From: Paramecium tetraurelia
Taxonomy: Eukaryota
Direction: 5' to 3'
DNA length: 64,000 nt
Assembly (NCBI GenBank): GCA_000165425.1
Contig: CT867986.1
Coordinates: 248,001-312,000, forward strand
A model generated the notes under the pieces. The model saw only the letters and a program-made list of their open reading frames with translations, had not been told where the DNA came from and did not search any database. The position numbers and the translations under genes were made by a program. Of the stretch, positions 1 through 12,875 are shown piece after piece (within the stretch, counting starts at the first letter, position 1; the number at the start of each line of letters is the position of its first letter).

Positions 1-1305
1 GATGAAGTCGCAGAGAATAATTAAATATTTTCTAAAACCTAAAATTGTAAAGATCATGCAAACCCTAGAATCATCAAAGTCAATTAATTTAGTTCCTTCA
101 AAGATCTTAAAATTACCAAAAGTCCTATCAAAACTATATAGACTTAGACCTAGTAAAATCCATGTATTTAATAGCAACCTTAATAAACATCAAAGCCTTC
201 TTACAATCTAAATTTGCAACCTATAGGTAAATCGTTTAAAGAATCTCCTCTTAAACTAAGGGAATAACAATAAACAAGAAGGCTTAAAACTTAAATTTCA
301 AATGAATTTATTGACCCAACTGAAAAAGAATCAAATTTCTTGTCAGATAAGGCAAGTGTAGTTAAAGTACCTCAAACCAATATTAATCCGAATCAAACTC
401 CGCTAAAAACTGTTTAAAACAAAAAGTCAAGTCACAAAAATGCTAATGCCCTTGATGAAAGTGAATGTATCTAAAGTAGTCATCAAAATAGTACCAATGA
501 TACTATTAAACAAAATTAACTTTCTAATTGTTTATAAATTTTCCAGGAAAGACAGAACTTACAAGAAAATCATTCAAACAATCAAAACTAACTTAACAGT
601 CATTTTAAAAAAATTAAATCACCAATTAGAATTATTCATTCATAAAAAACTATTGTCACTCCACCTTTTAAGTCCTCCGGTATTAGCGAATAAAAGAAAT
701 AGTAAGATTCTAAACCCAACTATTATTTATAAACCAAAGGGAATTCCCCCATCTTTTAATAAGAATCATTATCATAATTGATATAAAATTTATCCATAGA
801 AAAAATTATCACCGATTTCTCATCCAAAAGGCATGAAGAAAAAGAAAGATAACCACCTGCAAAGATAAGGCCTACCTTTAAATTCCTTAATTATCTGAAT
901 TAAATAATTAAAAACTTTGACAATATTAATACAGAAGACAAATAAAAATGCTATTTTCTCTTAAGAAAACTTTTAGGAATCAAAGCAACATATGTATAAT
1001 AATGCTATCCATAATATAAATAAGAATAAATATAAGTATACATTGATAATTTCTTGTCTTATTATGCTAAAGTTGAAACAATATTTTATACTTCCCCTGA
1101 TAAATCATTTGAATAATTTTTCAATAAAGATTTAACTTAATATAGTATTAGTTTTTCATAACTATTGTTATATTATCTTTAAAAGATTTCATTTAGCAAA
1201 TGGAATTAAGATATTCAAATAATTTCAGAAATTATTTCTGAAAATGTAAGATAATCAAATGATCCAGTGTTATTTGCTAGAAGATGGGAAAATGATTAAC
1301 CATGA
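1..1305 (+). CDS. Hypothetical protein, 5'-truncated by the window edge
   Basis: Frame 1 is open from base 1 to TGA at 1303-1305 when TAA/TAG are read as Gln; ends ...LFARRWENDQP*. Confidence 0.7.
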
Positions 1306-1397
1306 TTCTTATAGTTTTTATTTTAAATTAGAAAAACAAACGTTTTTATTAAGATTATAATTTACAAATATCAATATTTAATATATATCAAGGTATT

Positions 1398-2239
1398 ATG
1401 GGCATTTGTTAAAAGAAAAATGTAAAGGACAATTCTTAAAAGCACACGGGATACGAGTCAGAATAAGTTGTAGTTTTGACATGCATAAAGAGCCACATCG
1501 AATATTTCGATTAAATAGATTTAGAACTCCTTAAATATCCTGATGTTTCGCTGCTATTGCGAAAACATATCAAAAACTATAAATTCATAGAGGAGGGAAA
1601 GACTTGGGTAGTAGTAAAAGAAATCTAAAGTTTCTTAAATAATAAAATAACAATATTGATTAGAAATTTCAATCCTGAAACTGATGCCGCCTTGTAGTTG
1701 ATATAGATTTTTAAGAAATTAGTATCTTCAACCTAAAAGTTATTGGAATCTTCTGTTAAGTTTAATGAAGCAAAGGTTGAATTATTTTAATCATTCCAAA
1801 ATTAATTGGTCTAAGTAAAAGAAAATGATAATTTTAGACTTCAATAGAATGCCTTATTATTGTAAATACATTGATTTCAAAAAAATTACAATGGTGGAAT
1901 GATGAATATTTTTAATGGAGGCAGAATCATTTAATTTAGACGTTTCTCATTAAAAAAATAGATAAAAGTAATAAAGAGATTATAGGATCCATATATGACT
2001 ACATTTAATTGTTAATAGAGTGCATAAAAAATCTGGGAGATCTCGAGGGATCTCAAAATGCTTAAGAAACAGATTTTAAAGCTTAATAGGACTTTTTAGA
2101 TTAATTTTACAGCTAAATGAGAGTAGGTTTGATACAGAATTCATTTATTTCAGGTAGTATTTCAAATGAAATAATTCCAGAATAAATTTAGGTTGTTTAG
2201 AATGTGAAAGCATATGCCTTAATAATTAATAAAAAATGA
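1398..2239 (+). CDS. Hypothetical N-acylated (MGxC) protein, possibly frameshifted and extending towards ~3050
   Basis: Starts MGICQKK. A 23-nt intron GTAAAAG..TTTTAG lies at 1815-1837. TGA at 2237-2239 follows an A-run, and coding-like sequence continues in a shifted frame. Confidence 0.4.
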
Positions 2240-3723
2240 TTACTAATTTATGTTTATATATAAATTATAATAATTCCAGCAAGATAAAAATAATTAAGAA
2301 TTTTTTGTTGGAATAACTTTTTGTAAATAATTCCTATAACTTTGTACTTATTAACTACCCTAAAGATGAAATAAGCATGAAAACAATTTACACCAGTTTA
2401 AAGATACTATAAAACTACATTAATTATGATATCGATTTTACTTATAGGCGATTTCGAAGTAGTATCTTAAATGGATGATATAAAGTGGAACTTCAAATTT
2501 GAAAAGTTTAATGCTAAGTACATAATTTCACTGTCATTAAAAACAATCTAAGTAATCATGCTATATCATCAGATATATAATTATATTTCAGCTATTTTTG
2601 AATAAATTAAAATATTTATCTCCCTTTTAATCTATAATGAAATAGTATAATTAATTTGGAAATAATTGTTAAGATTATATCAAAATAGCTAATATGACAT
2701 ATAGTGCAGAGTTAAATTATGAATTTATTTGTTATTCAGTAGTCTTATTTTGAATATCGTAAAATATTTTTGAAAATTAGGAATACTTAAAGTGAAATGG
2801 GAAAGGTCCATTTATACAAACAATAGCATTAAATTTTCACCTAAAAAATATTAATTCAAAGATTTTGTAAATTTATCAATTAATAGATACATCAGTCAAT
2901 CTGAGTGCAATAGTTTATATTTTTTGGAATAATTTTTAAATTAATTACATTTCCCATGTGATTGTGAAGTCAAGTTATCAATAATCTTAAACTAATGAAT
3001 ATAGCTTGAATGGCATTATTTGGATGTAAGTCTATAAGCTATCTATTAGATTTATTAATCGAGATATTAATTTTAGAAGTATTTGTTTAATTTTACATTA
3101 TAAGTATGCCTATTAAAAGTAATCTTATAATTTTGCTTTCATAAATACTTTTTTCTCTAAATTTATATTTTAATATATATATGAATTAAAAATTATAAAT
3201 AAATAAATAATAAAATAAGTTATTGATCTTCCAATTATAAAAAATCATATCATTTAAAAAATGATTACTATTAAATTTTATTAGAATTAAGATTTGTCAG
3301 AATTAATTTCGTATTGAAAATACAATAATTCAATTATACAAATTTATAATGAATTAAAAGTGTTTATGATTAGAAAAAATAATTCTCTTATTCAGTTTAA
3401 CAAGAAATTATAAAGTATCTCTAATTGAGAATATATATATATAACAATCAGCTGCTCATGAATATAATATTGATTCCTTTATTTATATTATTGCTTATTC
3501 CATTTAAATACAATTTCCAAAATTTCTTAAAATCTTTAAAATGGGAAAGTATCTTAAAAGGGAATAATCCAGCAAATATTAATTGAATAGAATAATTGGC
3601 TGAATATATACAATTTTCAGATGGAATAATTTTACCCTCTTACTTAATGTTTTCACATTAAAAATATTAGTATTAATATAGAAAACATTATTAAATATTA
3701 ATATTATTTATTAAGCTATATAA

Positions 3724-4408
3724 ATGATAACTCCTTAAGAATAACTTGATATTAGTAAGATAACTTTTAAAATTAGTCATAAAGAAGATTAAGTCATTTT
3801 TAAATTCAAAATCATAATCTACAATTAGAACTTTAGGAAAAACATTCAGAGGCTTCGAATCTTTCGATTAAAAATGTAGAATTGACAAGGATGAGTTTCT
3901 AATTGGATTAAAATAAAATGGTGTCGTATTAACTAAGTTTTAAACAGATGTAAATATGAATTCAAGCTTAGTTTCTATTGAATTATCTTGACAGAAACAG
4001 AGATGGATCTATTGATGTAGCAGAGTTTCTTTATTTAATTAGAGTAATAATAATAATCTAGTTATGTAGGGATCACCGAATGAGTATAGATTAGAAGTTA
4101 TTGTTTAAGCATTCAGAAAGTTTGATAAAGAAAATTTAGGATTTATAGTTGCAGATGATTTCAAAGGAATATTTAATGCTAAAAATCATCCTAAAGTAAC
4201 AAGAGGAGAATTGACAGAAGATCAAGCATATATAGAGTTTTTACAATATTTCAAAGAAGGAAATAAGTCAGGCCATATTTCATTGAATGTATAGCATGTT
4301 TATAATAACCTTTAGGAATGGAAGGAATACTACGCTGCAGTTAGTGCTGATATAGAATCTGATGAGAACTTTATTGCTTTAATAAAAGAAACCTGGAGAT
4401 TAAAATGA
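3724..4408 (+). CDS. Calcyphosin-like EF-hand protein
   Basis: Four tiny introns (e.g. 3755-3776, 3950-3971). Motifs LDRNRDGSIDVAEF, AFRKFDK, FNAKNHPKVTRGELTE and EWKEYYAAVSADIESDENF...TW are typical of calcyphosin. Confidence 0.85.
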
Positions 4409-4449
4409 ATGAAATTTAATAAATAAGTATCATAATTACATCATGATTC

Positions 4450-6259
4450 TCAAGACTCAGATTCATTATTTTAATAAATTTCCTCTTTTTGTTTTTAATT
4501 TTCATTCTACTATTCATTATCATTTTGATTGTTTTTATTATTTTTGTTATTATTAGCTTTTTCATCCTCATTTTATTCTTCTATTTAATTATCTTTTTCT
4601 CCTTTTTCATTTTCATTTCCATTTTACTTTTCTTATGAAATTTTCATCTCCTTTTATTCAATTTCCTATTCTGATTCTGAACTAGATTTATTTTCTAACT
4701 TTTCTAATCTTCTTAATCTTTCATGAGATCTCGATCTTGAACGAGAGGATCTAATTAATGACTAATTTAATACTTCTTAAATGTTTTTTTAGATTTCACA
4801 ACTATTTACAATATTAATGGCTTTATTAATGCAGGATTAATGTCATCTGATCCTATTTTAGTATTATTTTTAATTGGAAATACTATCATGTGTACCCAAC
4901 CATTTTAATAGTGAGATGTAACTTCATTAATTTAAAGTTTCTCAACTTCAACTATTCCATCTTCCAACCAAATATTATCCTCAGGCAATCTTAAGATTAC
5001 TTAATTTGATGAATTATGTTGTAATATCATTGGCTTATCATCAGATGAATATAGTTATATCTCTAATTCTATTTTACTTTTGTTTTTAATATCTTATCCT
5101 TTCATATCTTTAAGAGCGATCTCAAGGTTAAAGTTCTTGTCTTTAAACAACACTGTATCTAAATCATTGACCAAAACTAATTAATATTAGAATTCATTTA
5201 AAGTATAAGATAAAGACTTTAGTAAGATGTTGTTATGAGTCATCTCTTAATGAGGAATTGATACTAATTGAATAGGATTTTTAATTACATCTACTAACAA
5301 AATCTTCTGTTTATCCATTATCAAATTTCTATTCGACAATTCTTTGTAGATTTGTAATTTCATCTAAAATCTAAGTGATCACACTCTCCAAACTGGCATT
5401 TTTATTCTTAAAGTCTAGGAGCATTTAATTTTGTTAAACAAACATATTCAAAATCTTTAATTAAAACTCGTTCACCACTTGTGAAAAACCTAAAATATTC
5501 TAAATACATAGTCATACCTTATTCTAAATTGTTTTATTAATTTATACTATTATTATTTGTACTTGTATTTTAATTCGCTTATTATTATTGTTATTACTAT
5601 ATTTAAGGTGCTTATTATTATGGTAGGGGTTGCTGTTGTAATTATTATTACTAAGGTTGTTGTTATTATTATTGTTATTATTATTATTATTATTATTATT
5701 GTGGTATCATTTGATTTGGTCCTAATTACTATTATAATTGTGGTTGTTGTTTAAATTAAAAATCAAATGGCGGCATTTATCCCATGGGTCCTTAGGGCAT
5801 AGGTCCCATCCCAGGTAATTACATAGGTCCAGGACCCATAGGTCCCATGGGACCCATTGGACCCATAGGACCCATGGGACCCATTGTACCCATCGTGCCC
5901 AAAGGACCTGGACCCATGGCTCCAGGTGGTATTTGACCTGGTCCCATAGGAGGCATTCCAAATCCCATGGGCATTGGAGGCATATTTGGTAAACCTTATG
6001 GCATGCCATTTAAATTCATTCCACCTTGATTAGGTTGAAGAGAATTCATTTGAAGAGCTTGGTCATGCATAAATTATTCAGGAAATGGGTATTTCTAATT
6101 TGGAGGTGGTGGCATCATAGGTTATCCAAACGGTGGAGTCCAACAAGAGTAATATGGGGGATTTGGCACTGGTAACATTCGTCCATATGGGTCTGGATTA
6201 CCCATTTGTTGGAACATCTAGTATAGTCTCTATTAATCATCGTTTGGATTCATTGACAT
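4450..6259 (-). CDS. Pro/Gly/Met- and Gln-rich protein with a C-terminal CudA-like domain and an RS/acidic tail
   Basis: MSMNPND start; (GPM)n repeats and polyQ; domain LQINEVTSHYQNGWVHMIVFP...IKPLILQIVVKSKK; SRSRSRS; TGA at 4450-4452. Confidence 0.7.
5560..5750 (-). repeat. PolyQ-rich tract encoded by TAA/CAA/TAG
   Basis: (tta/ttg)n on the + strand, in frame with the 4450-6259 gene. Confidence 0.85.
5831..5900 (-). repeat. 9-bp tandem repeat encoding (GPM/GTM)n
   Basis: Units ggacccata/ggtcccatg/ggacccatt repeated about 7-8 times. Confidence 0.9.
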
Positions 6260-6274
6260 TTTTAATAAATAATT

Positions 6275-7505
6275 ATGAAATAATAGCACATCCAACTCCC
6301 TAATTTATCAAAATTACAACACCTTCCATCAAGTGATAGAAGTCCTAGAACTGTAAACACGCCTACGAGAAAGGCAAGTGAAGTGTTAGTTAAATTTAAT
6401 TTCCATCTTAATCCTTCTTTGCACAAAAAAAAGTAAATAAAAAATACTCCTAATAATGAATTTTTAACAAAAAAGATAAGCAAGGTTACACGAAACATCA
6501 TGGAACTTGTAAAATTTTAATCATCTATATTTTCAAGAGAAGAAGGAAGAAAATGAAATGTGATTCTTTGTAAATCAAGCCTAGAATTTAAGCATGCAAA
6601 ACTAACAAAGGCGGAACAATATCAGTACTAAAAAATAATGAATAATGCAGATCCTATCTACATAAAAAATACAAGGATTAAATTTATACTGGAGCCTCAG
6701 AATTCAGTGATAAGAGTAAAGATAAATTGAGATTGCAGATGGTCAAATGGTTGATAGATAACAAAAAAGATGTTGTTTGTGCTTTGAATGAAAATAAATA
6801 AAACATTTTAGAATGGGTTTAATGTGTTGAAAAAGTAGACAGAGATGAGTTTGATATCATACTCCATGGAATATAGCTATACAAAGATCCCAATCTGATA
6901 AATCGTCTATTTTGGTACCATATATAACAATAATTTAGGGTATTTGATTTGAATGATGATGGATATATTGAGTTTAATGAAATTCAATATTCTATAAATT
7001 TATTTAGAGAATATGATTAATAAGATAAAATTCAGATATTTTTTGAACTTTGTGATGAAAATGATGATGGTTATATAAATGAGGAAGATATCAAAAAATT
7101 CTTCTCTAAGAATCTTACTAACCAAGAAGAGATTAGATAAATGAAATTTTTAATGAAGGATTTCTATTAAGAACTAAACCCTCATTATCTAAAAGGATTA
7201 AATGCAGAAGATTTATATTAGGCAACTCTTAGTGATCAAAATATAAGGGTAATTGTTGAAAAAAATACTTTGATTTTGAAATCTAATAATAAAAAAGAAG
7301 ATGATATTGGGTCAAGTCTTAATAATCTCATTTATTCTGGATAATAGTAATATTTTATAATGATATTTTTAGTGAAGGAAAATAAGGAATATTCTTCCCT
7401 TAGATTGAGGGCTTAATCGATGCTTTAATTGAGAAAGATAGAATTATGATGCAATACAAATAGATTAAATTGGATTTTGATTAGATTGAAGATAATTCTG
7501 ATTGA
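6275..7505 (+). CDS. EF-hand protein (calcineurin B/neuronal calcium sensor-like C-terminus)
   Basis: NRLFWVFDLNDDGYIEFNE and FFELCDENDDGYINEED EF-hands; three tiny introns; TGA at 7503-7505. Confidence 0.75.
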
Positions 7506-7546
7506 TTTTATATATTTATATAAATAAATTTCAAATTTGAAAATAA

Positions 7547-8365
7547 ATGGCAGGTAAAATATAAAATGAGTCTTTAGATCAATTAGAAGAGAGAGCATAA
7601 AGAATTTTCGGAAAGTTATAATCAATACAAAATAACGTAGAGGGGGAGAAATAATAAAAATTCAAATTGATATTGGGATATCTACAGAGTGTTGAATCTG
7701 CAATTGAAGATGTTTAATAATAGAAAAATTAAAAGTTTTTAGATATTGCAGAAAAAGTATTAATTTGTTTGAATCAAGCTATAAAGATTAAAATCTATGT
7801 TGGATACAGAAAAAGAGGCTAGAGATCAAATCAATGAAAAAATGAAAAAAGAAATATTATCAGTTGAAAAGAATTGTAAAACACTTTTGAATAGTTTCAG
7901 CAAAGAAAGATTGGAAACTGAGAAGAGAGTGTTTTAAAATCTTTCTTAATAAGTCGATTAATTGTCAACAGAAATTTAAAAAGAATTTCATTAAAAGTCT
8001 GAGACTTAAAATAAATTACTAGAAATCTAAAATGGTATTTATTAAATTAATATATAGATTAAATCCCATAATTCTACTAAGAAATTGAATAAGAGATTAG
8101 AATCAGAGAAGAAATTGAAGAGAAAATAGCTCAATAATTCAATGAATAATTGGATGAATTGAAAAGAATATTTGATAGTTAATAAAAGTAAAGAGAATAA
8201 AGAGAAGAAGAAATAATTGGAATATTAAAGAAGATATACTAGAATGCTTATGAAGCTTGCAAAAGAAATAGAGCAGATAGAGAAAGAAATGAAGAATTAT
8301 TAGTTAAATTAGTTGAATAAGTAGTTGAAAAAATTAAAAGAGAGATAGTCGATTCTGATTTTTGA
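7547..8365 (+). CDS. SF-assemblin/beta-giardin family striated (kinetodesmal) fibre protein
   Basis: Spliced start MADQLEERAQRIFGKLQ; coiled-coil periodicity; C-terminus RADRERNEELLVKLVEQVVEKIK. Confidence 0.7.
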
Positions 8366-8455
8366 AATAACATTATTAAATATAAATAATATTATTTTGA
8401 ATTTAAAAATTAAAATTCTAAATCCTATTTAAGTTTGATTGTCTTATACAAATAT

Positions 8456-9559
8456 TCAAATTTAAATATGCACGAGTATGAGAGTGATATCATCTCTTCC
8501 ACTATCTTTCCGATCCCATTTTGAGTAAGTTTCTCCTAAAATCTTTTAGGCAATTAATTCCATATCTAATTGAGTTATAGGAGAATCAATATGATCTAAT
8601 ATCTTTTAGATGCTTTCAAAATCCATTTTATCCCAGAGCCCATCACTTGCTAATAGGATAAATCCACTATTTTATATTTTATATCTTAAGATTTCAGGCT
8701 CAGCAATTACTCCAACCGATTTGGCTGCTACATCACCAAATGACCTAGACATTGCTAAGCCTGGAACATCTTCATTTGTTAACCAAACTCTAAAAGGGCC
8801 TTGTCTTTTTCCATCAATTAAGCTCTATTCAACTCTCCCTCCCAACCTTATTATTCTTTTAAACTCAAAATTCTTATTTGGTTTATGGTCATAAGATAAT
8901 GGTCTATTGTACCATAGATCTTGAAACTTATATAAAAAAACAGCCCTTGAATCTCCAAGGTTCGCACAATATATTCTAGATTCAATCAATAAAATAACCA
9001 CAGCAGTAGAACCACTGAAATTGCATGCAATATTAGTTTTATCTACCTAAATTAAATTAATATATTACTAAATCCTGTTCCACTTGTTGAAATGCTACCT
9101 ATAATGATTTCGATAATAAATTAGGATTAGTGACATAATTTTGCAGAAGTATATTTTCAATGGCTTTTGGCAAATGTCTTGATACAAATTATGAAACTAG
9201 ATGTCCATTCTGACCATGACCATCAAAAATACCAAATAAATGCCAGTTATTTTAATTACAAAGATTTTGTTTTATAGCAAGACTATCTTAATTAATTTTC
9301 AATTTCTTTTTAATATTTTGACCAGGAAGGGTCCTATAATATTTTGAATATAATACTTTGCTGCCACTTTAACTACACATTCTTCATATTAAATTTCAGT
9401 TTAAATTCTCTTCATATGGTGTTTTTAAATTGAAGGTAATTTGTCTCCAATATTTAACATAGATTAGTTGTTAATTTTCTTTAAAGTTTATTTCTAATTA
9501 GTGTTACTAATAGAGCGAGGAATTTTAAATTGTTTTAAAATGTCTAATTTTTAATTCAT
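8456..9559 (-). CDS. Protein phosphatase 2C
   Basis: Motifs INQD, LFGIFDGHG, NLGDSRA, LSYDHKP, GLAMSRSFGD, ASDGLWD and DDITLILV. Confidence 0.92.
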
Positions 9560-9576
9560 ATATTTTTATAATATTA

Positions 9577-11141
9577 TCATTAAAATGGTCCAACCCTTTA
9601 TCCTTATAATTGCATTTATGTGCTTCTTACATTAAAGACTCCTTCGATTATTGTTTATTGAGACTCTCCTGCCACTTACCTTTCTCCTAAATCAATGTTG
9701 AAATTCTTAACAAATAATGGATTTGGATTTGATAACACATCATCATTGCAAGATAATCCATCCAAATATTATTTGAGTAAAGATTATAATTGATTACTTT
9801 CATTTTATAACGCTTCTTTTTATTTTTAGATTGCTAAAATATCCAATAAGACCTAATATCTAAAACACATCATATACCTTATTATATCTTTTATAGAAAT
9901 TATTTAGATATGCAAATTCCTCATATTGTTCTTTTTCAATAGCCTCAAAGTCATTTTTCAAATTCTCAGGAATCTGATCCAAATCAACAGTATCCTCATA
10001 AAAAGGCAAAACTTTTTCTCTTTCTGTTTCCAATCTTCTACATAACTCAGCAGTCTTGAGGATCTTCTCTCCTAACTCCTTATATTCAGTTAATTTTAAA
10101 ACTGCATTTCTACTATTATTAACCAATTCTTTTAATAATCTTGATTGTTCCTCTCTAAATTTATTCATTTTTAATTTCAAATCCTAATAATTCTTAGCAA
10201 TATTCTCCTTTTCTTTTTTTAAAGCCTAATTTCTTGCATTACATTCTTTTGTATGTTACAATATTTTATATTTAGTTAAATCTATTTTTGCTTTCTTGCT
10301 GGCAATAGATCTCACCAATCTTTCAATCTTCTTAGACATATCCTTATTTGCATCGTAATATTTAGTGTGATCCTCAGTTTTCTTTGCAGTATCAGATTAA
10401 TATTTTTGATGCATTTACTCTAGATCATTATAAAATTTAGTTTGTTTATCTTCTAATTATTATTTCATTTGGCTGGTATCCTCTACATCTTTATTTTTAG
10501 TTTCTTCTCTATTAGTTTGATGCTAATTTTTGGCTTATTCTGCTTTTCTTTTCTCTTCTTCTTCCACTGTCTTAATCATATCCTCCAACTCTTTAACTTA
10601 TTGTTTATGTGTTTTCGTCATATCATCAAATTCGATTTAGAATTCTTCCTAAAGTATTTTGATATCTCTTTCGAACTCTTCCAACAGTGCTCTGTTTCTA
10701 CTCTCCTATAAAAGATGAAAGTTTTCAAGATGTATAAGATGATTTCTTAAAGCAATTTAATATTGATCTTCAGCTTCATCCAAATTCTTGTCTAACATCT
10801 GAATGAATGCTTCTTTAGAATCCAATTCTCTTTTATTATTTTGTGAATATAATTCTATGTCCAGTTTCAATTATTCAGTCTTAACTGCTCTCATAGTTCT
10901 TCTCCAATAAGCCATAAGCTTTTTTGTATTGAAATTGACTATCTTTTATTCTTCTCTAATTTTACTTCGCAGTTACTCTTTTTTAAACTATGTCTAATGC
11001 TTAAATTACTTATGCCTATTTTTGGCTTTCCTCAAATTCTTGTTGCGATTTAGTAATTTATCTGATTTTAATATTTCTTTTTTGCTCTGTCCCTCCAGCT
11101 TTAGTTGTTCTCCCTTTAAGTGTTTTTCCTAATAAAGCCAT
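9577..11141 (-). CDS. CCDC65: Dynein regulatory complex subunit 2 (CCDC65/DRC2)
   Basis: NTKKLMAYWRRTMRAVKTEQLK...DSKEAFIQMLDKNLDEAEDQYQIALRNH; ILKTAELCRRLETEREKVLPFY; NFYKRYNKV; YLDGLSCNDDVLS. Confidence 0.88.
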
Positions 11142-11182
11142 TTATTAATAAATAAAGAAAATTAGATAACAAATAAACAAAC

Positions 11183-12812
11183 TCATTTTTTTGGAACAGA
11201 AGTTCCTTTATAAAAAGTTTTATAATAGGTCTCTTCTTAGTCAACTGAAGACTATCTAGAAGATTATCTATCTTGATTCCTCGATTTTCTAGGAAATCTG
11301 CCATAATATTCAGATAATATATAATTTCTGTTGGCTGGAGTCTTTAACTTTAAAACTTTGACATCATTTTGTGGCTATAATAGAGATCCATCTAGGAGAG
11401 TATTCTTTTATAAATCTAAATGAATCTTCCTGGGAATATCAATCGATTGATTTAAAATAGTTGGAGATGGCTACAAGATAGTGTGTTAAGTATTAACAGA
11501 ATTGTTCAATCTTGGTTTGGTATCTATTGGAGAGTCATCTGCCTACTAAGTATGATTACGTCGATCTATTTGGATAAGATAAAGTTTTTACTTTTTATTT
11601 ATATTAGTGGCAAAGGATTTTGAGGTTTACTTGATTTTCTGTCGGTTTAAGTTGTTTATCTAATGGAATTGCGTTACGGTTCGAATAATTCAGAACTTAT
11701 ATCTAAATTTTAATAGCAATAAAAACCTGCAATAGACTTATTGCCGGCAATCAGGTATCTTTTGAGTAGAAGATAATATGTTGTTGTCACATGATTATGT
11801 CTGTTCGTTTCAATACATTTCTCAGCATATTCTATTGAGATTCCAAAATTAACTAATTGTTTTATAATTTCTGGATCAATCGGGATCTTATGAAAACCAA
11901 TAACCAGTCCAGTTGGTATCTTTTAGTTGTCTTTAATAAACTTGATAAAATAAAGATTATACAAACATTAAACCAACTATGTTTTCTAATTTCCTGAATT
12001 GTATATCTTTTTTATGGATCTGTATTTAATATATTTTTAATCAGCTCTTTTGCTTCATTTGTAATGAACTTTGGAAACTTTAAATCCCCAGCTATTATTT
12101 TCTTATACAATTAATTTGTGTTTGGATCTTCAAATGGTAGATATCCTGCCAGCATTGCAAAAAGAATTATTCCAGAACTCCAAATATCTACTTAAAGTCC
12201 TTAATATCTTTTTCCAGCTATCATTTCTGGAGCAGCATAACAAGGGGATCCGCAAGCTGTTTTCAACAAATCATCAGTTTTATAAAAATTTGACAATCCA
12301 AAATCAATAATCTTAAGTTTTCCTCTACTATCAAGAATCAGATTTTCAGGTTTCAAATCTCTATGGACTACATGCAATTTGTGCAAATACTCTATTCCAG
12401 ATAGTATTTAACTGTAAAATCGAATAGCCTCAACATCTTTTATTCTTTAATTTTATACGATATATTCAAAAAGTTCCCCACCATTAACGTATTCCATCAC
12501 TAAAAATAATTACTTAGGTGTTTCTATTATCTGATAAGCACCCAAAAATACTTCATATAATTGTACTAGGTTAGGATGACGAACTTATTTCAAAATTTGG
12601 ATCTCTCTTGTTACTCTCTCTACGTCAGATGCATCAACAATCTTTGACTTCTCTAAAATTTTGATGGCTACTTTTTCTCCTGTTAATATGTGAGTTGCTA
12701 ATTTAACTTTTCCAAATGTACCCTCACCCAAGGTTTTTCCTTGTTTATGTATTTATTACTTACCAAATATATATTATCCAATAGATTTATTCTTAGTTAC
12801 ATCATTTGTCAT
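11183..12812 (-). CDS. AMPK/SNF1 (CAMKL) family Ser/Thr kinase
   Basis: [41 protein letters not shown] and [17 protein letters not shown]-like segment [13 protein letters not shown]. Confidence 0.92.
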
Positions 12813-12875
12813 TTTTATAATTCTTATTTATATAATTATAACTCAAATTTTCACCTATTTCTAAAAATAAAAATT

